A DNA stretch of 64,000 nucleotides from Verrucomicrobiia bacterium (GCA_049692125.1 JBAVOO010000049.1:3917-67916), one strand, 5' to 3'; positions 45,146 through 54,769 are shown, counted from the stretch's first letter. Notes: generated from the sequence alone by a model not told the origin. A program made the numbers and translations.

Positions 45146-45490
45146 TTACTTCCTTGCCTTTTTCCTGGCCCAACGCGCTTTCATGGCGGCTGAAATCCTG
45201 GCCCGGGCGGCGGCGCTCATCTTGCTTCTGGCTTTCTTCGCCGGCTTCACTGACAACTTCTTTCCCTTGATCTTTGCCCACCTCGCTTTGGCTGCGGCAG
45301 AAATCTTCGCTCTGCCTGCCGCACTCATCTTCCGTCTCTTTTTCGAAACGGCACGGGCGATAGGTTTGGTTGGAGAACCTAAAATCCGACCAAGTTTCTT
45401 TTCGAGCGATTGAATTTTCTCTTTTATTGCCGCTGCTTGGCGCAATTGTCGCGGTGATAGACTTATCAATAATGAACTCATGGTCGGCAA
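45146..45490 (-). CDS. Small Lys/Arg/Ala-rich protein with duplicated KMSAAxRAxISAAxKARWA motif
   Basis: 114 aa. The N-terminal helix is LSPRQLRQAAAIKEKIQSLEKKLGRILG. Two tandem motif copies follow. I prefer it to the overlapping 175-aa ORF 45108-45635. Confidence 0.5.
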   Translation of the reverse strand: MPTMSSLLISLSPRQLRQAAAIKEKIQSLEKKLGRILGSPTKPIARAVSKKRRKMSAAGRAKISAAAKARWAKIKGKKLSVKPAKKARSKMSAAARARISAAMKARWARKKARK

Positions 45491-45718
45491 TTAAGATTTT
45501 TGGCGGGGAAAAGTCAATGCGTGATTTTTTACTGTTCAGATTCGCCGTGACCAACGCACTCTTCGCTTCGGTGCACGGGCTTCCGGTTGTTCCCTGTCCT
45601 CCTCTCAACCACGCCCGTTCCGCTGCACAAAGCACGCCCTCGTCACGAGCGGCAATGCTACAAATGAAGCACGCGCAGGAGGGGCGCCTGCGCGTGTGGG
45701 CGGGGGCGGCGGGCAGTT

Positions 45719-46474
45719 CTAGTTGTTGCCGGCGCTTTGCGCGGCGGCAACTTCAGCTTTGGCGGAGGCAAAGTCTTTCTGGAACGCATCGTTTTTCTTC
45801 ATCTGGCGGACGATGGCTTGCGCAAAGACGCGTCCGGCATAGATGTCGGTCGGATAATGCCGGGCAATTTCAACGCGGTGCCAGCCTATGCTACGGGCCT
45901 GAGCGACGATGGCGTCGTGTTTGTCGGGAAACAAATCGGCGAGGACGAGCGCCAGCACCATGGATTCGGTCGAATGGCCGCTGGGATAGCTGAAACTTTT
46001 TTCCAATTTGCCGGACGCGAGGCTGGGATCGAGAACATACGGGCGGGGGCGTTTGTAGAAATCCTTGGCGTTGTCGGTCACGGCCTCGGCCTCGGCCTGC
46101 ACGCGAAGAAAGAACGCCTCGGTTTTGGGGAATTTATCGGGCACAAAGAACGGGCCGATGGCGGGCGTGAAGGTGAAGATGGTGAATTTCTTTTGCGAAT
46201 AGGCGATGGCGATGTCATTGCTGCTGGCGGCGTGATAGACGGCGCGGACTTCGTTCAAATCGGCGGCTTGTTCGGCGGAACCCGGCAACGGCGGCGGCGC
46301 GAGCAGCGCGATGACGTCGGGTTCGCCGGCGGCAAGATAGTGAAGATGGCCGGCGGGTACCGATTGCGCTGGCAACGCCATCGTGTCGTCCGCGCGCAGC
46401 GGCATAACGGCGACGGCAATTGAAAATAGAACGGGTGCGAGCCAGCGTTGGAACTGGTAACGGATGTTTTTCAT
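45719..46474 (-). CDS. PAP2-family (class A) acid phosphatase
   Basis: The start is at MKNIRYQF, followed by a signal peptide. PAP2 motifs are KRPRP, YPSGHS and ARSIGWHRVEIARHYPTD. Confidence 0.8.
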   Translation of the reverse strand: MKNIRYQFQRWLAPVLFSIAVAVMPLRADDTMALPAQSVPAGHLHYLAAGEPDVIALLAPPPLPGSAEQAADLNEVRAVYHAASSNDIAIAYSQKKFTIFTFTPAIGPFFVPDKFPKTEAFFLRVQAEAEAVTDNAKDFYKRPRPYVLDPSLASGKLEKSFSYPSGHSTESMVLALVLADLFPDKHDAIVAQARSIGWHRVEIARHYPTDIYAGRVFAQAIVRQMKKNDAFQKDFASAKAEVAAAQSAGNN

Positions 46475-46506
46475 TTCCGGATAGTTTGGCCTTGACCTGT
46501 TAAAAA

Positions 46507-47415
46507 TCAATTTCCGCCTCCCGCGGGAATGGTTTGGCCGTCGCAATCCCAATTGATGTCAGAATTGCCAGGATCATATCCAGAGATATTAACTACGTAG
46601 TTGTATTTGAAGTAGGCGGCATGGCCGTCGCTGAAAGTGATGTTGCCGCCCTGATTGTGCCGCGAGGAGAAGCGCGTAGTGTAACATTGCGGAGTGGCGA
46701 GATCAATCGAATTGCCTTGGGGATACACATTATTCCCCGAGGCGTAATAAGGATTTTCCGCAGAGCGGTTGCGGACATCCGAGAATAGCACAAAGGCGGA
46801 AGGATGAACCACCATCGTGGTTTTGGCTTGGAGAGTGACAGATGATCCGGCATTGCCAGTCTCCCAAGTTGTTGGTTTTGAATTCATTCCGTAGCCGAAC
46901 AACGGGCGTTGGCCTGGTGACATATATCCGTGAGTTTGAGGTATGTCTGCGGAGTCAATGCCTTGAGCGTTGGCTGTCGGGCAGACGAAAATGGTCTGGC
47001 CTTCGGTATAAGTGGAGTTAAATTGATTTTTACTTGCACCGATAGCCCATTGATACAAAGGCAGGCTGGTGACATAGGAAGGCAAGGCATTGAACCAGAC
47101 ATCGTCGCCCACGGGATGAACTGGCGTGGCAGTGTAATGGTAAGCGTCGATGTCAGCCCAGGTCGGATTGTCTTCATCATCCCCGATGACATAAGAATCT
47201 TGATATCGCGGGAATGGAAATGTTTGGTTGCTGTCGTCCACATACATTGTGGTGGCCAGCCCCCATTGTTTCATGTTGCCAAGACATTTGATTTCTTGAA
47301 CCTTGCGCTTCGCGCCGGCGAGGGCTGGCAGAAGCATCGCGGCCAGGATGCCGATGATGGCAGTCACCACCAGCAGTTCGATGAGTGTGAATCCACAGGC
47401 GCGTTTTGATTTCAT
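46507..47415 (-). CDS. Prepilin-type N-terminal cleavage/methylation protein (DUF1559-type pseudopilin)
   Basis: The start is at MKSKRACGFTLIELLVVTAIIGILAAMLLPAL. The C-terminal ...FSSRHNQGGNITFSDGH is typical of DUF1559. Confidence 0.85.
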   Translation of the reverse strand: MKSKRACGFTLIELLVVTAIIGILAAMLLPALAGAKRKVQEIKCLGNMKQWGLATTMYVDDSNQTFPFPRYQDSYVIGDDEDNPTWADIDAYHYTATPVHPVGDDVWFNALPSYVTSLPLYQWAIGASKNQFNSTYTEGQTIFVCPTANAQGIDSADIPQTHGYMSPGQRPLFGYGMNSKPTTWETGNAGSSVTLQAKTTMVVHPSAFVLFSDVRNRSAENPYYASGNNVYPQGNSIDLATPQCYTTRFSSRHNQGGNITFSDGHAAYFKYNYVVNISGYDPGNSDINWDCDGQTIPAGGGN

Positions 47416-47700
47416 GTTTTTGTTCCTCTCACTTTTTCCCGACGACCCAACCCCCACGTTTGTCCTCAAGCCAAAGTCTTAAGGAAGACGAATCAATCCA
47501 ATGAGGAGATGTTGCCCGGGCAAGGTTACGGGCGCATGGAGAAGAGGTTACAATCAGGTGACAAAATAATTCACATAAGTACAAGTTACAGAATTGTCAC
47601 GCAACAGTCATTAAATTGTCACACGGCTTTGTATTAATGGCGGCCAAGTTTTTAGGGGAATAAAAAATAATCCAGTTGCTAGAAACACAGAATCATAAAT

Positions 47701-50700
47701 ATGAAAAAACACATCATCGTTTCCGCGGCCTTGCTGCTCGCTTCGCTGTCGTGGGCCAAAGCCAATACCACCCTCACCGCCTGGACTTTTGACAATCTTC
47801 CACTTGGAGCCAATGCCAGTCCCAGCCCCTCCACCGGGATCGGCACGGCCAGTGCCCTTAATCTCACCAGTCCGGATGTCCAGTCGCTGGCTGGCAGTTC
47901 TTCCGGCGGAGCCAATAGCTGGCAAGTGACCGGAGGCTGGTCCACAAATAATGCCATTGGCACGCAGGGTGCCCAGTTTGCCGCCAGCACGGTCGGATTT
48001 TATCAGATTCAGGTTTCCTTCGACGTTTATGCCACCACGAACGGGGAAGCCGATCTCCAGGTTCAATACACGACGGATGGTGCTTATTGGCAGAATGCCG
48101 CCATCACCTCGGCAGGAACTTCGGGTCTCCTCGCCAGCAACACCATCACCACCAACAGCCTCGTCGTCGGCTCCTATGTAATCCTGACGAACAATGGGAC
48201 GGCCGCCTGGGATAATCAGGTCACGGTCAATTTGACCGGCATCCCCGCAGTGGATAACGACCCCACTTTCGCCATCCGCATTGTGAACGCCTCCACGGGA
48301 ACGAACTGCTTGGATACGACGGGAGCCATTTATAACAGCGCCAATGGCGGTGACTGGACTTTTGACAATGTTGTCATTTCAGGCGTTTCCTTCGACACGG
48401 TTGCGAGTTGGCCGTTTGACAACATAGGAGTTGTCAAACCTGACAACAATCCGGTTCCCGCCATCTCCAACAACACGGCGACCGCCGCGTGCATTGGTTT
48501 TGGCACACCAGCCGACCCTTTGATTTCCGCCACTTTTACTCCAACTAATAGCACCAATTCCGCAGATATTTTGGCTAATGGATCCCCCTATAGTTCAACC
48601 GGTCCCAACGGGCAAGATGTCTGGCGTCTGCGCGGCCAGCCCGGCAACGGCTGGCTTTCTACCCAGCCGATTGGCAGTCAGGGTGCCGAATTTGACGTCA
48701 GCACGGTCAATTACAGCAATATCTTGGTCACCTTCGACCTTTATTTCACAAGTCAGGGTGAGGCGAAAATGTGTGTCCTCTACACCACTGACGGCTGGGC
48801 GACCACCAATGTGGCCAATAATTTCGGTTGCAGCACCTTTCCTACGCTCATATTGACTAATACCCCCTCATTTACCAGTGCTGCATTGGGAGGAGCCTAC
48901 AGCACTCATACCGTGAACGGAACATTGTTCTTTAATAGTGTTGGTTCGCAATTTTATAACTACATGAGCATTGATTTTACCGGCATACCCGGAGTGGCCA
49001 ACAATAGCCAATTCGGCTTCCGAATTGTGAATGCCGCAATGCTTGGGGATTGTGTGAACGCTTTGGGCCAAGCTTATAACAACAATTCCGGCAACTGCCG
49101 CTTGGACAACGTGGCCGTCAACGGCCAGTTTGAAGGCCAATATGCGCCCACGATCACCAATTCGCCAGCGGCCACGGTGGATCATCCGTTCACCAATACT
49201 TTCAGCGATTCCACGGGCTGGTATACGAATATCAGCAGCATCTATGTCAACGGCATTAAACTGACGAACAGTGCTTATGCTGTGACTTCATCTAATATTG
49301 TATATACCCCATCCGCAAATGCCCCGGTGTTAACTGTCGCCGGATACGATTACATTGTCATTTATGCCACCAATTTTACCTCCGCCAAGGTAACCCAGCT
49401 TGTCGGCACCGGTGTGGCCACGAAACTGGCCTTCACCCAACCCGCTGGCCCATCGGCCAGTGGCGGGACATTGATCGCCAACCCCTCTTTCGAGGTTACT
49501 GACCAATATGGCAATGGCACCACGAATCCCTATAATTCCATGATCGTCACGGCGACCGTCAGCAACTCTCCGGCGACTTGGACTTTGGGTGGCTCCACCG
49601 TCCAGCCGATTCTTAATGGCTCCTGCACTTTCACCGATCTGACCGCCACCGTCATCGGCTCGTCGTCGGTTTCCAATGCGGCCATCCACTTCGCTGTATC
49701 TGGTGGCCCTATCACGGTCACCAATTCAACCAGTTTCACCATTGGTGCGCCCGCTACTCCGTTCACTCAGGGCAATCTGGCGGCCATTCAAATTGACACG
49801 ACGGGCAACAACACGACCTTCAGCGTCGTTGAACTTAAGCCCTCCGCCGCCGCTCAAACCGTGCCGGTCAACATCACTCCCATCACCGCCACGGGAACGA
49901 ATGCCCTGCGTCTTTCCAGTTCCGGCAGTTGTGGCCATCTCTCGTTGAGCGATGACGGCACCTTTCTGGTCTTTGCCGCCTTTGCCGATGGCAGTTCGGC
50001 GACGCCGGACGAAACCTTCAACCTCAATCGCGCGGTGGGAACCATGAATTATACCAACCACTTCACCAAGACGGGCGAGTATGTGTCAGACTCGTATGGT
50101 GGTAGCCAGGCCCGTTCGGCGTGCAGCCCGGATAACGTTGACTTCCTGATTGATGATAAAGGTGGACTATACGTCTACGACGGCGACGGTCTTGGTGTTA
50201 ATGTTTACGAACAAAACAACTATTGCACGCGGTCGTTTGGGCACAGTGCCTGGGTTCTGACGCAAAAAGTCGTCGCCGGCTTGCCAAGCCCGGCAGTCTT
50301 TCAATTCAACAATGGCACTATTGGGCAGTTAGACTATTATGACTCTGGAAATGACGGACCCTACAACACCACGACCGCCACGCCTCCGCCTGATCCCAAT
50401 GTCGTGGATTTCTACATGATTTCCACCAATGGGAGCACCGATCCGGCTTCTTTTGACATCCTCTATACTCTTGATCAAAGCTCGGGAGCGGGAACAAACG
50501 GCGTCATCACCAAATGGTCAACAACTGATCAAAATACTTGGACATATAACGGCTCCTGGACTAACACCGACAACGGCGCCACCCTGTTCGCCACCACTAA
50601 CGGCAATGGTGGCGTTTACTTATACTACGCCAATGGCGGTGGTGGCACCGCCAAGAACAACCTCGTTCGAGTGACTGACCAGCCGACTAATGGTGCGCCG

Positions 50701-51639
50701 AGTGGTTGGCTGAACATCATCTCGGCCAATACGATCTATACCGCCCCCGCTGGCGCTTCCATTGAAGGTGTCACGTTTGTGCCGGTGCCGACCAATGCCG
50801 TTGCGCCGGTTCCGCCGCCCATCCTCACGGCGCAGACGACAGCCTTGGTAAGCAGTCCATTCACGGTCACGAATACCCCGGACGATCCGCTCTGGCGCGC
50901 TAGCATCACTGGCATCACGGTGAACGGTTCGCTCCTGCCAACGGCTGCTTATAACACGAATCAAGTGGGTAAGATTGTGTTTGCCCCGTCTCAATCCCCG
51001 CTATTGCAAAGTCCCGGCGCAAAAACCATTGTCATCAGTGCGACGGGTTACAGCACTAACTCGATCATCCAAACGCTTGCTGCCGGCACGGGGACGCAAC
51101 TCGCCATCACCACGCAACCCGCGGCCCCGGCTGCCGACGGCGGCACCTTGGTCACTCAACCGATGGTTGCAATTCAAGATCAATACGGTAATGCGGTGAC
51201 CACCGCCACCTCTAACATCGTTGCCCAAGTTGGAGCCGGCGCATGGACGCTGGGCGGCACCACCACGAAAGCTGCGGTTTCCGGCACAGCCACTTTTAGC
51301 GGTCTCACCGCTTTCAGCACCAATGCCGTCATCGGTGCCACCATCTCCTTCACCTCCAGTGGATTAACAGGGGTAACAAGCGCACCGTTTAACATTCCCG
51401 CGCCCATCCGGTCAATTTTGGGCGTACCCCAATCGAGTGCTGGTCAATTTGTTTTCGCCTTCACCAACGCCACTGGATTGAGCTTCTCGGTGCTGGCAAC
51501 AAACCATATCACCGCGCCCATAGCGACTTGGCCGGTTGTGGGTCAAGCGATTGAAAGTCCCGCCGGTTCGGGCAACTATCGATACACTGACTCATCGGCG
51601 ACCAATTCAACGCGCTTCTACATCCTGCGCCAACCGTAA
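47701..51639 (+). CDS. 1312-aa secreted protein of unknown family with internal duplications
   Basis: It has a signal peptide. Two N-terminal modules share W-x-FDN...G(T/S)QGA(Q/E)F...(S/T)FD(V/L)Y...YTTDG. Two later modules share ...NG(I/S)xL...AY...(K/Q)LA(F/I)T(Q/T)QPA(G/A)P...GGTL...DQYGN. Confidence 0.8.
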   Translation: MKKHIIVSAALLLASLSWAKANTTLTAWTFDNLPLGANASPSPSTGIGTASALNLTSPDVQSLAGSSSGGANSWQVTGGWSTNNAIGTQGAQFAASTVGFYQIQVSFDVYATTNGEADLQVQYTTDGAYWQNAAITSAGTSGLLASNTITTNSLVVGSYVILTNNGTAAWDNQVTVNLTGIPAVDNDPTFAIRIVNASTGTNCLDTTGAIYNSANGGDWTFDNVVISGVSFDTVASWPFDNIGVVKPDNNPVPAISNNTATAACIGFGTPADPLISATFTPTNSTNSADILANGSPYSSTGPNGQDVWRLRGQPGNGWLSTQPIGSQGAEFDVSTVNYSNILVTFDLYFTSQGEAKMCVLYTTDGWATTNVANNFGCSTFPTLILTNTPSFTSAALGGAYSTHTVNGTLFFNSVGSQFYNYMSIDFTGIPGVANNSQFGFRIVNAAMLGDCVNALGQAYNNNSGNCRLDNVAVNGQFEGQYAPTITNSPAATVDHPFTNTFSDSTGWYTNISSIYVNGIKLTNSAYAVTSSNIVYTPSANAPVLTVAGYDYIVIYATNFTSAKVTQLVGTGVATKLAFTQPAGPSASGGTLIANPSFEVTDQYGNGTTNPYNSMIVTATVSNSPATWTLGGSTVQPILNGSCTFTDLTATVIGSSSVSNAAIHFAVSGGPITVTNSTSFTIGAPATPFTQGNLAAIQIDTTGNNTTFSVVELKPSAAAQTVPVNITPITATGTNALRLSSSGSCGHLSLSDDGTFLVFAAFADGSSATPDETFNLNRAVGTMNYTNHFTKTGEYVSDSYGGSQARSACSPDNVDFLIDDKGGLYVYDGDGLGVNVYEQNNYCTRSFGHSAWVLTQKVVAGLPSPAVFQFNNGTIGQLDYYDSGNDGPYNTTTATPPPDPNVVDFYMISTNGSTDPASFDILYTLDQSSGAGTNGVITKWSTTDQNTWTYNGSWTNTDNGATLFATTNGNGGVYLYYANGGGGTAKNNLVRVTDQPTNGAPSGWLNIISANTIYTAPAGASIEGVTFVPVPTNAVAPVPPPILTAQTTALVSSPFTVTNTPDDPLWRASITGITVNGSLLPTAAYNTNQVGKIVFAPSQSPLLQSPGAKTIVISATGYSTNSIIQTLAAGTGTQLAITTQPAAPAADGGTLVTQPMVAIQDQYGNAVTTATSNIVAQVGAGAWTLGGTTTKAAVSGTATFSGLTAFSTNAVIGATISFTSSGLTGVTSAPFNIPAPIRSILGVPQSSAGQFVFAFTNATGLSFSVLATNHITAPIATWPVVGQAIESPAGSGNYRYTDSSATNSTRFYILRQP

Positions 51640-51670
51640 CGGATTAAAGTTTGAAGTTTGAATCATAGAG

Positions 51671-51704
51671 CAGGGTGGGCTGATTGCCCGCCCTGTTTCT
51701 TTAT
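51671..51704 (+). terminator. Rho-independent terminator
   Basis: CAGGGTGGGC-TGATT-GCCCGCCCTG has one G-U pair. It is followed by TTTCTTTAT, 32 nt after the stop. Confidence 0.7.
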
Positions 51705-52177
51705 CGTTGAATCCGGCTTAAATCACCAAAATCTGTGTTCCGGCCGGGTGACAAACCGGTTAAAACCGGTCGGGTGGTCTTGTGAATAACTTGGGCGTTA
51801 CTCACCCTCATGTAATTGGCTTTGATGAAAGCGCGGCAGCAACGGTTGACGTTGCTCGGCACTCTGGTGCTTGCGACCTGTCCGGTTTTTGAAGAATCCA
51901 TGCCGACATGCCTTCACAATCTGACACCTGAAACCAGACGTGCTCCGCCAGACGCACACCTTACGTCAACTCTTGAGTGGCGCCGTTCAGCCTTGATGAA
52001 CGCTTTGAAATATTCAGACTGTCAGAAAATCCGGACTACAGCCCGCTCCAAATTCAAGAATTGACGGCGGTGCGCGATTCAGTGTCTTGACCGTCACGCG
52101 GCAAAGGTGCAAAATCATGCGTGTTTACGGTGTCACGATGCAGGTTTGCGCACGGTCACGAAAGCCTCTAATCCGGC

Positions 52178-52201
52178 TTCGCCCCCCTCCGTCGGCATCA
52201 T
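52178..52201 (+). repeat. Right copy of the 24-nt tRNA-Leu 3'-half direct repeat; putative attR
   Basis: TTCGCCCCCCTCCGTCGGCATCAT. It lies 107 nt upstream of the pectate lyase start. Confidence 0.6.
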
Positions 52202-52307
52202 ATTTCCTCCGGATTTTCTGGGTTGTCAAAAACAAGGCTCAAAGATTGGTTTTTCAACACCGATTTTGTTGGCGCAACCCTCCAAACCAGTCACACAATT
52301 GAAGAAC

Positions 52308-53642
52308 ATGAATTGTTCGCCCAATTTTTTAAATTGGCTGCGCCGGTGGCGCGTTTTTGCGGCTTTGTTTGGTCTGTTCTTCACTTTTACCCCGGTTCTG
52401 CCAGCCGCAATCATCGGCACCAATTCGCCAACACAGCCGTTAACCGCCGGGCGCATCGCCGCGCTGCCACGCGCACAACAACCCGCCTGGAAAGAATATC
52501 TGAAGCGTTCGACCAGGCAGTTGCGGGCTGACCAGACTTTTCTTCAGGCGGAAATGCGCAAGCACGGCATCAAGCAGCTTGGTGTTCCACCGCCAGGTCA
52601 TTCGGCGGGAAGCATTCCGTTGAACCACCCCGCTTCTTGGTATGGCGAAAGCGAGGCGAGGCGCATCGCGGACATCGTGGTCTCGTTTCAGACTCCAGCC
52701 GGAGGCTGGAGCAAAAATCTGGACATGACGCAACACCCGCGCGCTCCGGGCGAAAGCTTCACCGCCAACAACACCTCGCGTTACCTTGGCAAGGCGGATT
52801 TTGACATATCCCGCGATGCCCATTGGGACTACGTTGGCACATTCGACAATGATGCCACGAGCACGGAACTGCGTTTTTTGGCGAAAGTCATCACCGCAAC
52901 CGGAACCGATCAATCTGTGCCTTATCGCGCGGCATTTCTGCGCGGTCTTGATTACATTTTTGCCGCGCAATATCCGAACGGCGGCTGGCCTCAAGTGTGG
53001 CCGCTCCAAGGTGGTTATCACGACACAATCACCTGCAACGACAACGCCATGCTCAACGTGCTTGCCTTGTTGCGGGACGTTTCCGGGACGAACCGCGAAT
53101 TCGCCTTCGTGCCGGAAAAATACCGCGTGCGGGCAACGGCCAGCGTTCAACACGGAATCACGTGCGTTCTCGCCACCCAGATTGTTGTGGACGGGCGCCG
53201 CACCGTGTGGTGCCAGCAACATGACGCGCTGACACTGCAACCGGTTTCGGCCCGCAATTACGAGATGCCGTCACAGGTCAGCAGCGAAAGCGCGGAGCTC
53301 ATGACGTTTTTGATGGAACAGCCCGCTCCCAGCCCGGAGATCGTCGCGGCTGTAAATGCCGCGGCGGCGTGGTTTGAAAAAACCAAAATCTACGACATGG
53401 CTTTCAAATTTGATTATGACGACGGACGTCGCCTCGTTCCCGCGCCGGGCAACGGACCGATTTGGGCCCGCTATTATGAAATCGGCACTGACCGTCCGAT
53501 TTTTGGCGACCGGGACAAGAGTATTCACGACAACGTAAACGAAATCTCGGAAGAACGTCGCAATGGTTATTCGTGGTACAACGACACCCCAAAGCAAAGG
53601 CTTGAACACTATGCCGGTTGGAAAATACTCCACGCCCAATAG
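52308..53642 (+). CDS. Pectate lyase, PelA/Pel-15E (PL10) family
   Basis: The start is at MNCSPNFLNWLRRWRVFAALFGLFF, a signal peptide. The track ORF start at 52107 is an over-extension. Motifs: GGWSKNLDM, TFDNDATSTELRFL, AQYPNGGWPQVWPLQGGYHDTITCNDNAM. Confidence 0.8.
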   Translation: MNCSPNFLNWLRRWRVFAALFGLFFTFTPVLPAAIIGTNSPTQPLTAGRIAALPRAQQPAWKEYLKRSTRQLRADQTFLQAEMRKHGIKQLGVPPPGHSAGSIPLNHPASWYGESEARRIADIVVSFQTPAGGWSKNLDMTQHPRAPGESFTANNTSRYLGKADFDISRDAHWDYVGTFDNDATSTELRFLAKVITATGTDQSVPYRAAFLRGLDYIFAAQYPNGGWPQVWPLQGGYHDTITCNDNAMLNVLALLRDVSGTNREFAFVPEKYRVRATASVQHGITCVLATQIVVDGRRTVWCQQHDALTLQPVSARNYEMPSQVSSESAELMTFLMEQPAPSPEIVAAVNAAAAWFEKTKIYDMAFKFDYDDGRRLVPAPGNGPIWARYYEIGTDRPIFGDRDKSIHDNVNEISEERRNGYSWYNDTPKQRLEHYAGWKILHAQ

Positions 53643-53743
53643 AATTTTGTTTGCCCACCGGCCGGGTGAACGCGCAATTTCCACGCCAACAAGCTTTGAA
53701 AGCTGAAGCGTCAAACCCGGACAAACTTCCACCTCAAACGCGC

Positions 53744-54769
53744 ATGGCCTTCAATCATTTTACGAAACAAATGCAAGGCGTCGAATTGCTCCAGCGTTCG
53801 CTCGCCCGCGGGCGGCTCGGCCACGCCTACCTGTTCGCCGGGGATCAGCTCGAAGAGCTGGAATCGCTCGCCCGCACGCTGGCCAAAACGCTGAACTGCC
53901 GGAACCCCGTCAAAACCGGCGGCGTGACGACCGATTGCTGCGACGCCTGTTTGAGCTGCCGGGAAATCGACCACGACACCCAGGCCGACGTGCATTGGGC
54001 GCGGCCTGAGTCCAAATCGCGCATCGTCACCGTCGAGCAAACGCGCGAGTTGATGCGCGAAATCCAGCTCAAACCCACCGGGGCCGAATACAAAGTGGCG
54101 ATCATCGCGGGGGCGGACCGGCTTAATGTTCAAGCCGCCAATGCTTTCTTGAAAACGCTTGAAGAACCGCCCGGCAAGTCGGTTCTGATTTTGCTTTCGA
54201 CCGAGCCGCAGCGGATTTTGGAAACAATTTTGTCGCGCTGTCTGCGCCTGAATTTTTTCAGCGAAGGCACCCGGTCGCTGGACCCGGCGCAAATGGAATG
54301 GCTCGCGCATTTTGACGCGCTGGCGGCCCATGAGCAAAAAAGTTTGCTGGGGCGCTACCGGCTGCTCGACGCGCTGCTGCAAAGGCTCGGCGAAATCCGG
54401 GGGCGCGTGGATGAGACCCTGACCGCGCGCTCGCCCTTGCAACAGCACGATGAAATCGAAAAAGACTTGCGCGAAAAGTGGGAGGACGAACTGGCTGCGG
54501 CCATCGAAGCGGAATATCGCCGCCAGCGGGCGGAGGCGCTTTTGCTCGTGCAATGGTGGTTGCGCGACGTGTGGCTGCGCACGCTCGCCGCCGGCGGAAG
54601 CCTGCTGAAATTCCCTGAAATTCCCGGTGCGGAAGCCGTCGCCCGGCGCATTACACCACGGCAGGCATTGGAAAATTTGCAAACCCTGGAGCAAACCCAG
54701 CGGTTGTTGCACACCAACGTGCAGGAAGCGCTGGCGCTGGAAGTAAGCCTGCTCAAACTTCGTTTTTAA
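53744..54769 (+). CDS. holB: DNA polymerase III delta-prime subunit
   Basis: The start is at MAFNHF. Motifs: LGHAYLFAG, CxxCxxC zinc module (CCDACLSC) and ANAFLKTLEEPP ... SRC. Confidence 0.8.
   Translation: MAFNHFTKQMQGVELLQRSLARGRLGHAYLFAGDQLEELESLARTLAKTLNCRNPVKTGGVTTDCCDACLSCREIDHDTQADVHWARPESKSRIVTVEQTRELMREIQLKPTGAEYKVAIIAGADRLNVQAANAFLKTLEEPPGKSVLILLSTEPQRILETILSRCLRLNFFSEGTRSLDPAQMEWLAHFDALAAHEQKSLLGRYRLLDALLQRLGEIRGRVDETLTARSPLQQHDEIEKDLREKWEDELAAAIEAEYRRQRAEALLLVQWWLRDVWLRTLAAGGSLLKFPEIPGAEAVARRITPRQALENLQTLEQTQRLLHTNVQEALALEVSLLKLRF

Noticed and set aside
45108-45635. 175-aa minus-strand ORF
   Set aside because: It overlaps the 114-aa basic-protein frame. Its sequence lacks any pattern, whereas the 114-aa frame has a clean duplicated motif.
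51816-52064. 82-aa ORF with lipoprotein-like start (LVLATC)
   Set aside because: It is too short and has no recognisable domain. It may be another remnant at the island end, but I cannot support that.
52107-52307. Upstream extension of the pectate lyase ORF
   Set aside because: The extension reads through the putative attR repeat and lacks a signal peptide. MNCSPNFLNWLRRW... at 52308 gives a normal signal sequence.
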